DNA from: an uncultured archaeon | Lineage (GTDB): Archaea; Iainarchaeota; Iainarchaeia; Iainarchaeales; DTGL01 | DNA length: 57,940 nucleotides | Assembly (NCBI GenBank): GCA_964551725.1 | Contig: CAZKED010000005.1 | Coordinates: forward strand, 1 to 57,940 | Direction: 5' to 3' | Shown: positions 37,635 through 47,883 of the stretch, in pieces | How the letters are laid out: each line of letters starts with the position of its first letter | Position numbering within the stretch: the stretch's first letter is position 1 | The notes under the pieces: model-generated | Databases searched by the model: none | What the model saw: only the letters and a program-made list of their open reading frames with translations | What the model was told of the DNA's origin: nothing | Position numbers and translations under genes: made by a program

Positions 37635-38760
37635 TTTTCGTGTATGCTTTTTCGAATTCTGATGCAACGGTTTTAATGGAGTATTTTTTTACCGCCAATC
37701 CGCGGGCGCGTTTTGATTTTTCCTCCCGCAGTTTTTTGCTCTGTATGTATTTTTCCATTGCATCCGCTATCGCTTCCACGCTGCGCGGTTTCACCAAAAG
37801 CGCGGCGTTCCCCACAACGTTTTTTATTTCCCCTGTGTCCGTTGCAATTATTGCATTCCCGGAAGCCATTGAATCCAGAAGCGACATGCTTGCCGTTGCC
37901 TCGAAAGCAAAGGAGTGGACCATTATCTCGGCGCTCCCGTAAATTCGCGGCGTGCTCTCATAGGGAACGCGCTCCAAGAAGAAAACGTTTTTTTCCAGCC
38001 CGAGTTTTTCCGCTAGCCGGAATAATTCTTTTTTCCCCCTGCCGCCGCCGAATATCAGGTATTTGTATTCCGGGTGTTTTTCAGCGATTGACTTCATCGC
38101 CCTTACAATGAGGGAAATGCCCTTAACGTTCGTGGAGTGCAGGGGCTTCAGGGAAATTATCAAATGCGGGCCGTATTTTTCCAGGAGTCCGGGAGCGCGC
38201 TTTTTGGGCGTGAACTTTTCCGTGTCCACGCCGTTGGGAATCATTTTTATTTTTTTGCGCGGAATGCCCCATTTGAGCAGGTATTTTTCAATATTGTGGG
38301 TGCTCATTGAAACAAGCAGGTCGAAGCCAGTGCCTTTGAGCAGCCATTTGTTCAAAAGGAAGAATGCCTTTGCGTTCAAGCTCTGCCCCTCTTCGCTCAA
38401 ATATTCCACTCCCGCGAGAAGCGGAACGCCCAGTGCCTTTTTTATTTTTTTTCCTATGAGCGCGGGGAACACGTCGTTCTGGGCGTGCACCACGTCAGGA
38501 TTGAATTTCCGCGCGAGCTCCACCGCCCGGCGGGCATTCAGCAGGTATTGGAATTTGTGGAATGCGTGGTGCCCTATTGCGCGGCTGTAATAAACGCGCA
38601 GTCCCTTTGGCAGGCGCGCGCTGTGGTCTGTGTAGGGAGTGAAAACGAAAATTTCGTGCCCTTTTTTAAGCAGTTCGCGGAGCAGGTTGTTGCAGAATAT
38701 TTCGCCGCCTCCGCCTTTCGGCTCTAGGTTGAAGGTGTGGGTTATGTAAAAAATTTTCAT
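37606..38760 (-). CDS. GT4 glycosyltransferase
   Basis: GGGEIF, PDVVHAQ, IPNGVDTEKF, SMASGNAIIATD; ATG 38760 preferred. Confidence 0.9.
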   Translation of the reverse strand: MKIFYITHTFNLEPKGGGGEIFCNNLLRELLKKGHEIFVFTPYTDHSARLPKGLRVYYSRAIGHHAFHKFQYLLNARRAVELARKFNPDVVHAQNDVFPALIGKKIKKALGVPLLAGVEYLSEEGQSLNAKAFFLLNKWLLKGTGFDLLVSMSTHNIEKYLLKWGIPRKKIKMIPNGVDTEKFTPKKRAPGLLEKYGPHLIISLKPLHSTNVKGISLIVRAMKSIAEKHPEYKYLIFGGGRGKKELFRLAEKLGLEKNVFFLERVPYESTPRIYGSAEIMVHSFAFEATASMSLLDSMASGNAIIATDTGEIKNVVGNAALLVKPRSVEAIADAMEKYIQSKKLREEKSKRARGLAVKKYSIKTVASEFEKAYTKIISAQAKKS

Positions 38761-38841
38761 ATTCAAGAATTGCACCAAACCCTTTTTAAACCATATAAAA
38801 CATAATTTTATAACTGTTTTTTCAGCAGGAGTTTGTTCGGA

Positions 38842-39309
38842 ATGGACAAGATAGACGGGGTCAGGGTAAGGAAACTCAGGCGCATAACCGACAAGCGGGG
38901 CTTCCTCGTGGAAATAATGCGCGGGGACTGGCCCGAATTCAAAAAATTCGGACAGGCATACCTGACATGCTGCAATCCCGGCTGGGTCAAAGCGTGGCAT
39001 TTCCACGAAAAGCAGACAGATTCAATGGCTGTTGTCTGGGGAAAGGCAAAAATAGTGCTTTACGATTTCAGAGAGAAATCCCCCACTTATGGTAAAATGA
39101 ACGAATTCATCGTTTCCTGCTCCGAGCCCTTGCTCATACAGATACCCCCCATGGTAATGCACGGCTTCACTGCCTTGGGCAGCGAGCCCGCGCTCATAGT
39201 GAATGTGCCGGACAGGCTTTACAATTATGAAAAACCTGACGAACTGCGCGAACCGTATGATTCCAAAAAAGTGCCCTATGACTGGGGCAAGGTAAAGGGC
39301 GGCGGCTGA
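38842..39309 (+). CDS. rmlC: dTDP-4-dehydrorhamnose 3,5-epimerase (cupin)
   Basis: DKRGFLVE, KAWHFH, IPPMVMHGF. Confidence 0.88.
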   Translation: MDKIDGVRVRKLRRITDKRGFLVEIMRGDWPEFKKFGQAYLTCCNPGWVKAWHFHEKQTDSMAVVWGKAKIVLYDFREKSPTYGKMNEFIVSCSEPLLIQIPPMVMHGFTALGSEPALIVNVPDRLYNYEKPDELREPYDSKKVPYDWGKVKGGG

Positions 39310-39310
39310 A

Positions 39311-40273
39311 ATGAAGTACGACAGGGTTCTCGTAACAGGCGGCTGCGGCTTTATTGGCTCGAATTTCATCCGCTTCATGCTGGAGAAATATACAGGAATT
39401 AAAATAACGAACTTGGACAACCTTTCCTATGCAGGGAGGAAGGAAAACCTTCGCGATATTGAGAAGAACAGGCGCTACAATTTTGTAAAGGGCGACATCT
39501 GCAGCCGCAGAATGCTGAAAAAATGGGTTCACAAAAATGATGCAGTAATAAATTTTGCCGCCGAATCGCACGTTGACCGCTCCATTCAGGATTCCTCGCC
39601 TTTCATTCACTCCAATGTTCTCGGCGTGCAGAGGCTTTTGGACGAATGCCTGCGCTCCGGCACCGAATTCATTCAGATTTCAACCGATGAAGTGTATGGG
39701 AGCATCAAGAGCGGGAGCTTCAAGGAGGGCGCGAAATTCAATCCTTCTTCGCCCTATTCCGCTTCAAAGGCTGCCGCCGAGCTCTTGTGCAACGCTTATT
39801 ATGTAACGCATGAAATGCCGATCTCCATTACACGCTCTTCCAACAATTTCGGTCCCTGCCAGTTCCCGGAAAAGTTCATTCCTGTTGTAATACTCCGCGC
39901 CCTCAAAAGCGAAAAGATTCCGGTTTATGGCACGGGAAAAAACATGAGGGATTGGTTGTATGTAAAGGACAATTGTGCGGGAATTGACACAGTGCTGGGA
40001 AAGGGAAGCAGGCGGTGCGGGGTATACAACATTGGAATGGGCACGGAGAAAAGGAACATTGATTTGGCGAAAGCCATACTGAGAATAATGGGAAAGCCCC
40101 TCACGCTGATTGAATTCGTAAAGGACAGGAAAGGTCACGATTTCAGGTATTCAATCGACTCCACTAAACTCATAAAGCTGGGCTGGAAGCCCGGGCACTC
40201 ATTCGATGCGGCACTGCGGGAAACAGTGCAGTGGTATCTGTCCAATGAATGGTGGTGGAAGGACCTTGTCTGA
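39311..40273 (+). CDS. rmlB: dTDP-glucose 4,6-dehydratase
   Basis: VTGGCGFIGSNF, FAAESHVDRS, STDEVYG, YSASK, DRKGHDFRY. Confidence 0.95.
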   Translation: MKYDRVLVTGGCGFIGSNFIRFMLEKYTGIKITNLDNLSYAGRKENLRDIEKNRRYNFVKGDICSRRMLKKWVHKNDAVINFAAESHVDRSIQDSSPFIHSNVLGVQRLLDECLRSGTEFIQISTDEVYGSIKSGSFKEGAKFNPSSPYSASKAAAELLCNAYYVTHEMPISITRSSNNFGPCQFPEKFIPVVILRALKSEKIPVYGTGKNMRDWLYVKDNCAGIDTVLGKGSRRCGVYNIGMGTEKRNIDLAKAILRIMGKPLTLIEFVKDRKGHDFRYSIDSTKLIKLGWKPGHSFDAALRETVQWYLSNEWWWKDLV

Positions 40274-41141
40274 CATTCTCCTCATAGGAAAGGGCTTTCT
40301 GGGCGAAAAGATTCATTCCCTTTTCGGTTCCAGCATAACAATGGAGACCGCCGACATTGTTCCCGGCACTGATTTTTTCCTCGATGTAACAAACCCGGGG
40401 CAGTGCTCCAGGGCAATGCGCAAGGCAAGCCCCGAAACAGTAATTCTGACCGCTTCCCTGGCGGGAGTGGACTACTGCGAAAGGAATGCGGAAAAAGCAT
40501 TCGCGGTGAACGGCTATGGGGTCAAGAATGTCGCGGAAGCAATACGCGAATTCAGCCCGGAAGCAAAGCTTGTTTATTTTTCAACCGATTACGCTTTCGA
40601 CGGGAAAAAAGGCAACTACAACGAAAACGATTCAGTCAATCCCCTGGGCGTTTACGCAAAATCAAAAGTGAAAGGCGAAAGGGAGGCAATGCGCTTGGAC
40701 GATTTCCTCGTGCTCAGGGTCTCCACCCTGTACGGATTCAATTCCCGCGAGGACAAAATGACTTATACGAGAATGATAATAGAAAACCTGCGGGCTGGAA
40801 AAAAAATACTCGCGTCAAAGCAGGTAACATCGCCCACATTCATTGACGACTGTGCGAGGGCAGCCCTTGCGCTGGTGGAAAAAAAGCAGTGCGGGATATT
40901 CCATGTTGCTGGTCCCGAGTCATTCTCCCGCTCTGCCTGGGCGCAAAAAGTCGCGGAATCCTTTGACCTGGATTCAGGGCTGATTGAAGAGGTTGCAGAG
41001 CTGCCGGGCCAGGTTGCCCCGAGGCCCGCGGACTCATCGCTTGACACAGGCAAGCTGCTTTCCGCGGGAATAAAAATGTCCCCCCCTTCGGTTGCACTGG
41101 AAAAAATGCGGGGGCAGATGGAAAAGGAGGGAGTTCTATGA
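40266..41141 (+). CDS. rmlD: dTDP-4-dehydrorhamnose reductase
   Basis: GKGFLG, FSTDYAFDG, YAKSK, RPADSSLD; TTG start inferred. Confidence 0.9.
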   Translation: MSDILLIGKGFLGEKIHSLFGSSITMETADIVPGTDFFLDVTNPGQCSRAMRKASPETVILTASLAGVDYCERNAEKAFAVNGYGVKNVAEAIREFSPEAKLVYFSTDYAFDGKKGNYNENDSVNPLGVYAKSKVKGEREAMRLDDFLVLRVSTLYGFNSREDKMTYTRMIIENLRAGKKILASKQVTSPTFIDDCARAALALVEKKQCGIFHVAGPESFSRSAWAQKVAESFDLDSGLIEEVAELPGQVAPRPADSSLDTGKLLSAGIKMSPPSVALEKMRGQMEKEGVL

Positions 41142-41863
41142 AAGGAGTTATTCTTGCAGGGGGCACCGGCTCAAGGCTCATGCCTTTAACGCGCGTTACA
41201 AACAAGCACTTGCTTCCTGTGTACAAAAAGCCCATGATTTATTACCCAATAGAGAAACTCGTTGAAATGGGTGCAAAGGAAATACTTCTCGTGTGCGGAA
41301 AAGAGCACGTGGGAGACTTTGTCAGGCTCCTCGGCTCAGGAAGGGATTTCGGGGTGAATTTCACATACGAAATACAGGAATCCGCCTCGGGAATAGCGGA
41401 CGCGCTTCGCCTCGCCGAGGACTTTGTTGACGGGCAGAAGTTTGCGGTTGTGCTCGGGGACAACATTTTCGAGGACTCTTTTTCAGGCGCGCTGCATGAA
41501 TTCCGCAAGGGAAAAGAGGAAGCGCGCGTTTTCCTCAAAGAAGTACAGGACGCGGAGAGGTTCGGCGTGGCTGAAGTGCAGGGCAGCCGCGTGCTTAAAA
41601 TAGAGGAAAAGCCCGCAAAGCCCAAAAGCCCTTACGCCGTCACCGGACTTTACATGTACGACGGAAGCAAGGTTTTTGATATCATCGCCGGGCTTAAGCC
41701 GAGCAAGCGCGGCGAGTACGAAATAACGGATGTGAACAACCATTTTGCGAAAAAAGGCACCCTCGGGGCGGCATTCCTCAAAGGGTTCTGGACGGATGCG
41801 GGAACGTTTGAATCCTATTTCCGCGCTTTGCACCTGCTTATGGAGAAAGAAAAGGGCAAGTGA
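41138..41863 (+). CDS. rmlA: Glucose-1-phosphate thymidylyltransferase
   Basis: GVILAGGTGSRLMPLT..TNKHLLPVY, LGDNIF, SKRGEYEITD. Confidence 0.95.
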   Translation: MKGVILAGGTGSRLMPLTRVTNKHLLPVYKKPMIYYPIEKLVEMGAKEILLVCGKEHVGDFVRLLGSGRDFGVNFTYEIQESASGIADALRLAEDFVDGQKFAVVLGDNIFEDSFSGALHEFRKGKEEARVFLKEVQDAERFGVAEVQGSRVLKIEEKPAKPKSPYAVTGLYMYDGSKVFDIIAGLKPSKRGEYEITDVNNHFAKKGTLGAAFLKGFWTDAGTFESYFRALHLLMEKEKGK

Positions 41864-42747
41864 TTGCTGTGCTTGAGGCAAGCATAATTGTCGCCACAAA
41901 AAACCGCGCTCCCATCCTCAGGAAAACGCTTGACGCAATGCTTGCATTGCGGCATCCCTCTTATGAAGTAATTGTCGTGAACGACGGCAGCAGCGATGAA
42001 ACGGAAAAACTGCTGGAGGGTTTTTCAAAAGGGTCCGGGAAAATAAAAGCGCTTAATTTTCCCCGTTCCAGGGGTCCGGCGTTCGCGAGAAACCGCGGGA
42101 TTGAATTGTCCCAGGGAAAATTCATAGTGATAATGGACGACGACTGCATTCCCTCGCGGAAATGGCTTTCCGAACTGCTAAAGCCGTTCAGCAAAGGAAA
42201 AAAAGTCGGCATTACGTCTTCCTTCAACGACTGGGGCGGCACTTCCACTGCGTACAGGCGCGAACTGCTTGAAAGAATCGGCTTTTTTGACGAGGAATTT
42301 CCCACGAGCTATCGCGAGGATACTGACACGGTGTTCAAAATATTTGACCTGGGCTACCGCCTGGAGCGCAATCCGCGCGCGGAATTCGTGCACGAGCACT
42401 CGCAGCCAAAAGGCTTCTGGGAAAAAGCGAAATACGGCTGGGCGCGCGTGAAAGTGCACCAGGTCGATCCCTTACTTTACAGGAAGCACCCCGCGCGCAC
42501 GAAAGAATTCCTTGACATCAAGCTCGGCTTTGTGAGGAATCCCCTGCGTGACTTTGAGAATGCAACCGGTCTATGGTGGAAAAAGAATCCCAGAGTGGTG
42601 CTCGCCTCCCCGCAGGGCGTTCCCCTGCTCGAGAACAGGACTCCAGTGCACACACTGTTCATTATTTTCGTGGGAGTGCTTTACGCTTTCGCCGTGAAAC
42701 TTTCGCGCCTGTACGGGAGCATTAAATACGGAAAACTGCTGGTGTGA
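41860..42747 (+). CDS. GT2 glycosyltransferase
   Basis: VVNDGSSD, GPAFARNRG, MDDD, FDEEF..EDTD. Confidence 0.9.
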   Translation: MIAVLEASIIVATKNRAPILRKTLDAMLALRHPSYEVIVVNDGSSDETEKLLEGFSKGSGKIKALNFPRSRGPAFARNRGIELSQGKFIVIMDDDCIPSRKWLSELLKPFSKGKKVGITSSFNDWGGTSTAYRRELLERIGFFDEEFPTSYREDTDTVFKIFDLGYRLERNPRAEFVHEHSQPKGFWEKAKYGWARVKVHQVDPLLYRKHPARTKEFLDIKLGFVRNPLRDFENATGLWWKKNPRVVLASPQGVPLLENRTPVHTLFIIFVGVLYAFAVKLSRLYGSIKYGKLLV

Positions 42748-43379
42748 TTATGCTGGATGCCAAAGAAGAGGAGTTTTTTTCGCGCTTGAAGAAAAGGCAC
42801 ATGCACGCGCTTTTGTCGGTTTCCCTCGCAATAATCCTTTTCTGCCTTGCTCTGGTTTTCGGGGTTTTTTTCCCGCGTTCCATTGCTTCGGCGGTTGTTT
42901 TTATTGCCGGCTTCCTTTCAGTGCTCTTTGGAGTTTCCCTGAAGCGCGGCATTTTTTTGAGGCATTCCGGGGACGAGGGCATGCTCGTCCTCGATTCAGT
43001 GTCACATCCCGTGCGATTGCTGGGAATTTTTTTCTTTTCCCCTGCAAGGCATGCCGTAAGCTCCGCGCTCCAGAGAAAGCTTTTCCAGTTTTTCCTTCAT
43101 TTCTGCTACTGGCTTATGCTTGTCTTTCTTTTTCCCCAGCTCTTGTTCATTGCAGTCTTTTTTTCCGAGCCGGGGGGAACGCTTGAGGCACTCGCCCTTT
43201 TCTGGGGCTCTGAAATTGTAATGTTTCTGATTTTCGTGTTTGTTGCAGCGCTTTCAATGGAGTGGAGCGACAGCGCGAAAACAATGCAGGACATTGAAAA
43301 ATACCATGCCGAATTCTCTGAATCAGCGAAAGCAATCGACAGCGAAAGATTGCTTGAGCTCAAGGAAAAAATCGGCTGA
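42744..43379 (+). CDS. Hypothetical membrane protein (~4 TM)
   Basis: Hydrophobic segments, no recognised motif. Confidence 0.7.
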   Translation: MIMLDAKEEEFFSRLKKRHMHALLSVSLAIILFCLALVFGVFFPRSIASAVVFIAGFLSVLFGVSLKRGIFLRHSGDEGMLVLDSVSHPVRLLGIFFFSPARHAVSSALQRKLFQFFLHFCYWLMLVFLFPQLLFIAVFFSEPGGTLEALALFWGSEIVMFLIFVFVAALSMEWSDSAKTMQDIEKYHAEFSESAKAIDSERLLELKEKIG

Positions 43380-43381
43380 TT

Positions 43382-44215
43382 TCAGCGCCGGAGCCTGCGC
43401 GCGAATTTCCGCGCCAAATCGCGGACTCTTCTCGCTCCCCGCACGCGCGGGAGAGTTTTTCTTTTTTTTTCTGGCGCGGCGAGCTTGCGGCTTTTTTCAA
43501 TGAATTCCCTCGGGGATTTCACTTCAATGAATTCAATTCCTGCCGCGCAAGCCATTTCTCGGTCGGAGGGGCGGTCGCCGAAGGCATAGCCCTTGGGATT
43601 CGAAAAATAGGAAAGGAACTCCCCTGCAGCGGCACGCTTTGTGGAATGCACCGGCACAATGTCGCAACCCGCGGCAGTGGGAATCATTGCCATTTTTGTT
43701 GAGAATTCCCCTGAAAAATTGGCGAGTCTCACCGCTTTTTTCACCGCTTTCTCCAGTTCGCGCCGGCTTGCGCCCGGAACACCGCGGGTGGTGTAACAGA
43801 AGGAAACCCTTGTGGGCACAACCCTGAACCGTCCGCCGAGTTTTTCCACGGTTCTTTCAACGAATCCCGAAATTCTCTTCCTTTCAGTTTCCGCGTAAAT
43901 TTTTGCCTGACCTATTGGCGTGTGCTCCCATGCGCCGGTTTGGGCGTGCCTGAAATAGCGGAGCGAGCCGTGCTCCGCGTAAACCAAAACGCTTTCATGC
44001 AATCCGTGTTTTTCAAGCGCTTTTCCCAGACCCAACTCTTGCAGCGAAGCCGGGCTCCTCCCTGTAATAATGCATACACTGAATCCCCCTGCCTGGAATT
44101 CCCTCATTCTTTCAAGCGCTTTTTCCGATATTACCCTTTTTCCTATCGCTCCGCCGGTTATTACGTCGTCAAGGTCTAGGAGCAGCACTTTGTCAATTTT
44201 TTCCCTTGAAGACAT
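43382..44215 (-). CDS. HAD-superfamily (Cof/IIB-like) phosphatase with Arg-rich C-terminal tail
   Basis: LLDLDDVI, TGRS, AEHG, K(STKR), GDRPSD. Confidence 0.8.
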   Translation of the reverse strand: MSSREKIDKVLLLDLDDVITGGAIGKRVISEKALERMREFQAGGFSVCIITGRSPASLQELGLGKALEKHGLHESVLVYAEHGSLRYFRHAQTGAWEHTPIGQAKIYAETERKRISGFVERTVEKLGGRFRVVPTRVSFCYTTRGVPGASRRELEKAVKKAVRLANFSGEFSTKMAMIPTAAGCDIVPVHSTKRAAAGEFLSYFSNPKGYAFGDRPSDREMACAAGIEFIEVKSPREFIEKSRKLAAPEKKRKTLPRVRGARRVRDLARKFARRLRR

Positions 44216-44332
44216 GCTTCCACTTTTGTACCAATACCATAAAAATAGTTTTTGCTGCCCTTTATAATAGTATAGGGGCATTATTGGATAATTCGCCTGT
44301 TTTAGTGCAAATCTTGGAAAACGTGGTAAAAA

Positions 44333-45781
44333 ATGCGCATTTTAATGTTGAACCCGCCCTTCAAGCCGAAGTTCTCCAGAACCTCGAGAAGCCCGGCGGT
44401 AAGCAAGGGCGGCTGCGTGTACTATCCCATGTGGCTTGCTTATGCCACGGGCGTGCTGGAAAAGGCAGGGCACAAAGTGAAATTGCTTGACGCGCCGGCA
44501 GAGGGAAAAAACCGCGCTCAAACGCTAAAGATTGCCAAGCGCTTCAAGCCGGAATTGTGCGCGCTCGACACTTCAACGGCGAGCATTTTCAACGACCTCG
44601 TGGTTGCGGAGAAATTGAAGGATGCAACGGGCTGTTTCACTGCAATGATGGGAACGCACGTTTCCGCTCTTCCCGAGTGGACTCTGCAACAGAATGCCGC
44701 GGTTGACGCTGTCGCCGTGCACGAATACGATTACACGCTCAGGGAACTGGCAGAGGAACTGGGCAAAAAAAAACCCAATCTTGCAAAGGTCAAGGGACTT
44801 GTTTACCGCTCCAAGGGAAAAATTATAAGGAACGAGAGCAGGCCGTTTATCAAGAATCTGGACGAGCTTCCTTTCGTCAGCGCGGTCTACAAAAAGCATT
44901 TGAACCCGCGCAATTACTTCTATCCCGCGAACCTGTATCCCGAGATAACTATTGTCACAGGCAGGGGTTGTCCGTTCAGGTGCACTTACTGCGTGCTGCC
45001 CCAGACAATGTTCTCCCGCTCCTACAGGACAAGGAGCATTGAAAGCGTTATCGCAGAACTCAAATACATAAAAAAGGCATTCCCCAAAGCAAAAGAGGTT
45101 TTCTTCGAGGATGATACGCTTACCGCGAACCCTTACAGGGTGCGCGAGATGTGCGATGCAATGCTGAAAGAAGACCTGCAGTTAACTTGGAGCACAAATG
45201 CCCGCGCTGACGTTGATTTTTTCACCCTTAAAAAAATGAAGAAATCCGGCTGCAGGCTCTTGTGCGTGGGCATTGAATCGGGAAGCCAGGAAATACTGAA
45301 CAATATTCGCAAGGGCACGCGCATTGAAACGATTCGCAGGTTCATGGCTGATGCAAAGCGCGCTGGCATTCTGGTTCACGGATGCTTTATGCTCGGCAAC
45401 AAGGGCGAAACAAAGGAAACAATACGCAAGACAATTGATTTTGCAAAAGAACTCGACCCTGACACGGCGCAGTTCTTTCCCATAATGGTTTACCCCGGCA
45501 CGGAAGCCTATGAGTACTTCCGCAGGGAAGGCTTCCTGGTCAGCGAGGATTATGCCCAATGGGTCAACGAGGAGGGAAGCCACAACTGCATGGTTTCGAG
45601 ACCCTGGCTTTCAAGCAGGGAGTTGGTGCAATTGTGCGACATGGGCCGCAGGGAATTCTACCTCCGCCCGAAATTCCTTGCGGGAAAGGTGAAGGAAGGG
45701 CTGGCTGACCCCAAGGAGTTCATGCGCCTGGCAAAAGGCGGCAAAACATTCCTTAAATACATTGTCCGCGGAACAAAATGA
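44333..45781 (+). CDS. B12-binding radical SAM protein (HpnJ/BchE-like)
   Basis: N-terminal cobalamin-binding-like domain, GRGCPFRCTYC, FEDD, GIESGSQ. Confidence 0.9.
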   Translation: MRILMLNPPFKPKFSRTSRSPAVSKGGCVYYPMWLAYATGVLEKAGHKVKLLDAPAEGKNRAQTLKIAKRFKPELCALDTSTASIFNDLVVAEKLKDATGCFTAMMGTHVSALPEWTLQQNAAVDAVAVHEYDYTLRELAEELGKKKPNLAKVKGLVYRSKGKIIRNESRPFIKNLDELPFVSAVYKKHLNPRNYFYPANLYPEITIVTGRGCPFRCTYCVLPQTMFSRSYRTRSIESVIAELKYIKKAFPKAKEVFFEDDTLTANPYRVREMCDAMLKEDLQLTWSTNARADVDFFTLKKMKKSGCRLLCVGIESGSQEILNNIRKGTRIETIRRFMADAKRAGILVHGCFMLGNKGETKETIRKTIDFAKELDPDTAQFFPIMVYPGTEAYEYFRREGFLVSEDYAQWVNEEGSHNCMVSRPWLSSRELVQLCDMGRREFYLRPKFLAGKVKEGLADPKEFMRLAKGGKTFLKYIVRGTK

Positions 45782-45790
45782 GCTGGTTGA

Positions 45791-46765
45791 ATGAACGCAA
45801 GCATAATCGTTCCTGTTTTCAACGCCCGGAGCACTATACGCGAATGCATTACTTCACTTAAAAGCCAGAGGTTTTCCGGCAAATTTGAAATAATCGTCGT
45901 GGACGACGGTAGCACGGATGGAACGCTTGAAGAACTGGAAGGAATGCGCGAAATAAAAATAATAAGGCAGAAAAACTCGGGTCCCGCTTCCGCAAGGAAC
46001 AAAGGGGCGAGGAATGCGCGCTATGAAATTGTCGCGTTCATTGACGCGGACTGTGTCGCCTCGGGCACATGGCTTGAGGAAATGGTAAAGCCCTTCAGCG
46101 AAAAAAGCGTTGCAGGAGTGCAGGGCGCTTACAGGACAAAACAGAAAGAGTTTATGGCAAGGTTTTCCCAGATTGAAATAGAATACAGGTACAAAAAAAT
46201 GTTGGACTCTGAGCGAATGGACTGGATTGGTTCCTATTCCGCGGCATACCGCCGCAGCATATTCCTTAAAGAGCAGGGCTTTTCCAGGGAATTCCGCAAA
46301 GCAAGCGGCGAGGACCCTGACTTGAGCTACAAGCTCTCCGAAAAGGGCTATTTGCTAAAATTCAATCCCCTTGCCGTGGTCTACCACTCCCACCCTGTTT
46401 CAATACGCGATTATTTGAGGAGAAAATACGTGCACGCTTTCTGGCGCGTTCTCCTTTACAAAAAGCATTCCTCAAAAGCCGCAAAAGACAGTTACACGCC
46501 GCAGCCCTTAAAGGCGCAAATCGGCTTTTTGGGGCTGTTTTTTGCCTTTTTAGGGCTTTCAGCAATCAATGAAAATTCCCTGTTTTTCGCCCTGTTGTGC
46601 CTGTTTTTCTTTGTTTTTTCCACTCTGCCCTTTGTTTTCTTTGCGCTGAAACGCGGTTTTCTCCTGGGTGCAGCGTCTTTTTTCATTCTCCTGGCAAGAG
46701 ATACAGCCTTTATAGCGGGACTGCTCAAGGGCACGCTGTGCGGGATTTGGAGGGCTAAAAAGTGA
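45791..46765 (+). CDS. GT2 glycosyltransferase with C-terminal TM helices
   Basis: IIVPVFN, VDDGSTD, GPASARN, FIDAD, EDPDL. Confidence 0.92.
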   Translation: MNASIIVPVFNARSTIRECITSLKSQRFSGKFEIIVVDDGSTDGTLEELEGMREIKIIRQKNSGPASARNKGARNARYEIVAFIDADCVASGTWLEEMVKPFSEKSVAGVQGAYRTKQKEFMARFSQIEIEYRYKKMLDSERMDWIGSYSAAYRRSIFLKEQGFSREFRKASGEDPDLSYKLSEKGYLLKFNPLAVVYHSHPVSIRDYLRRKYVHAFWRVLLYKKHSSKAAKDSYTPQPLKAQIGFLGLFFAFLGLSAINENSLFFALLCLFFFVFSTLPFVFFALKRGFLLGAASFFILLARDTAFIAGLLKGTLCGIWRAKK

Positions 46766-47883
46766 AAATTTGCCATTTTTCCAACCGTTTTGCGCCCTGC
46801 GAGGGCGGCATTGAGAAAGTGGTTTTGGACTACTGCCTTGAAATGAAAAAACGCGGTCACGAGAGCAAAGTTGTGTGCCTGAACAAATGCGCTCATTCTG
46901 GGAAAAAACTCCCCAAAAAGAGCACTGAGCAGGGCATTGAGGTCGAGCGCGTGCCCTTTCTCGACCTCGGCTTTTACAGGATTTCTCCGAGCATTCTCCT
47001 GCACTTAAAGGACTGCGATGTATTGCACGTGCATGGCATTGGCTATTTCGCGGACAAACTCATTCCCCTCAAGCTCTTTCACGGCAGGCCGGTCATCGTG
47101 AGCACGCACGGCGGAATATTCCACACCTCGCCGAACAACCCGCTTAAAAAATTCTACTTTTATTTGTGGAACCGTTTTCTTTTGCGGTTTGCGGACAAAG
47201 TCATCGCGGTCAGCGGACACGACCTTGAATTGTTCTCGCGCATTCTGCCGGATGAAAAAATTGCACTCGTAGAAAACGGGCTGCGCCTGCAGCCCTTTGC
47301 GGGGCTGGGAAAGAAAAAAAAGAGGAATGCTTTCCTTTTCGTGGGCAGGCTCAGCAAAAACAAGCGCGTTGACCTGTTGCTCGAGGCATTCTCCCTCGCT
47401 GCGAAGAAAAATAAAAGCACAAAGCTCTTTGTGGTAGGCGGCGATTTTGAAGGATTGCTCTCCGGCCTTAAAAAGAAGGCAAAAAAGCTCGGCATCTCCA
47501 AGCAAGTGAAGTTCACAGGCAAAGTTTCCGATGCCGAACTGCTGGAGCATTACTCCAGGGCAGAATTCTTTGCCTCCGCCTCGGAATACGAGGGCTTCGG
47601 GGTAAGCGCGCTCGAGGCAATGGCTTCGGGCTGCATTCCTGTGCTGAACGCCATTCCCTCATTTGAAAAAATTCTCTCGGGGGGGAATGCGGGCTTTATT
47701 GCCGATTTTTCCCATCCGGAAAAGGCAGCGGAAACGCTCGGCAAAGCGTTCGCCCTTGGAAAAGCCCGGCGTGAAAAAATGTCCCGCGCGGCAAAAAAGC
47801 GCGCTTCGCAGTTCTCGTGGGATGCACGCATAAAACAGCTGCTTAAAGTTTACAAAAATTCAATAAAGGGAGTGGTATTGTGA
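46762..47883 (+). CDS. GT4 glycosyltransferase
   Basis: GGIEKVV, FVGRLSKNKR, YEGFGVSALEAMASG. Confidence 0.93.
   Translation: MKICHFSNRFAPCEGGIEKVVLDYCLEMKKRGHESKVVCLNKCAHSGKKLPKKSTEQGIEVERVPFLDLGFYRISPSILLHLKDCDVLHVHGIGYFADKLIPLKLFHGRPVIVSTHGGIFHTSPNNPLKKFYFYLWNRFLLRFADKVIAVSGHDLELFSRILPDEKIALVENGLRLQPFAGLGKKKKRNAFLFVGRLSKNKRVDLLLEAFSLAAKKNKSTKLFVVGGDFEGLLSGLKKKAKKLGISKQVKFTGKVSDAELLEHYSRAEFFASASEYEGFGVSALEAMASGCIPVLNAIPSFEKILSGGNAGFIADFSHPEKAAETLGKAFALGKARREKMSRAAKKRASQFSWDARIKQLLKVYKNSIKGVVL

Noticed and set aside
38842-41863. rmlCBDA as unusual
   Set aside because: Standard dTDP-rhamnose pathway, common in archaeal glycosylation loci.
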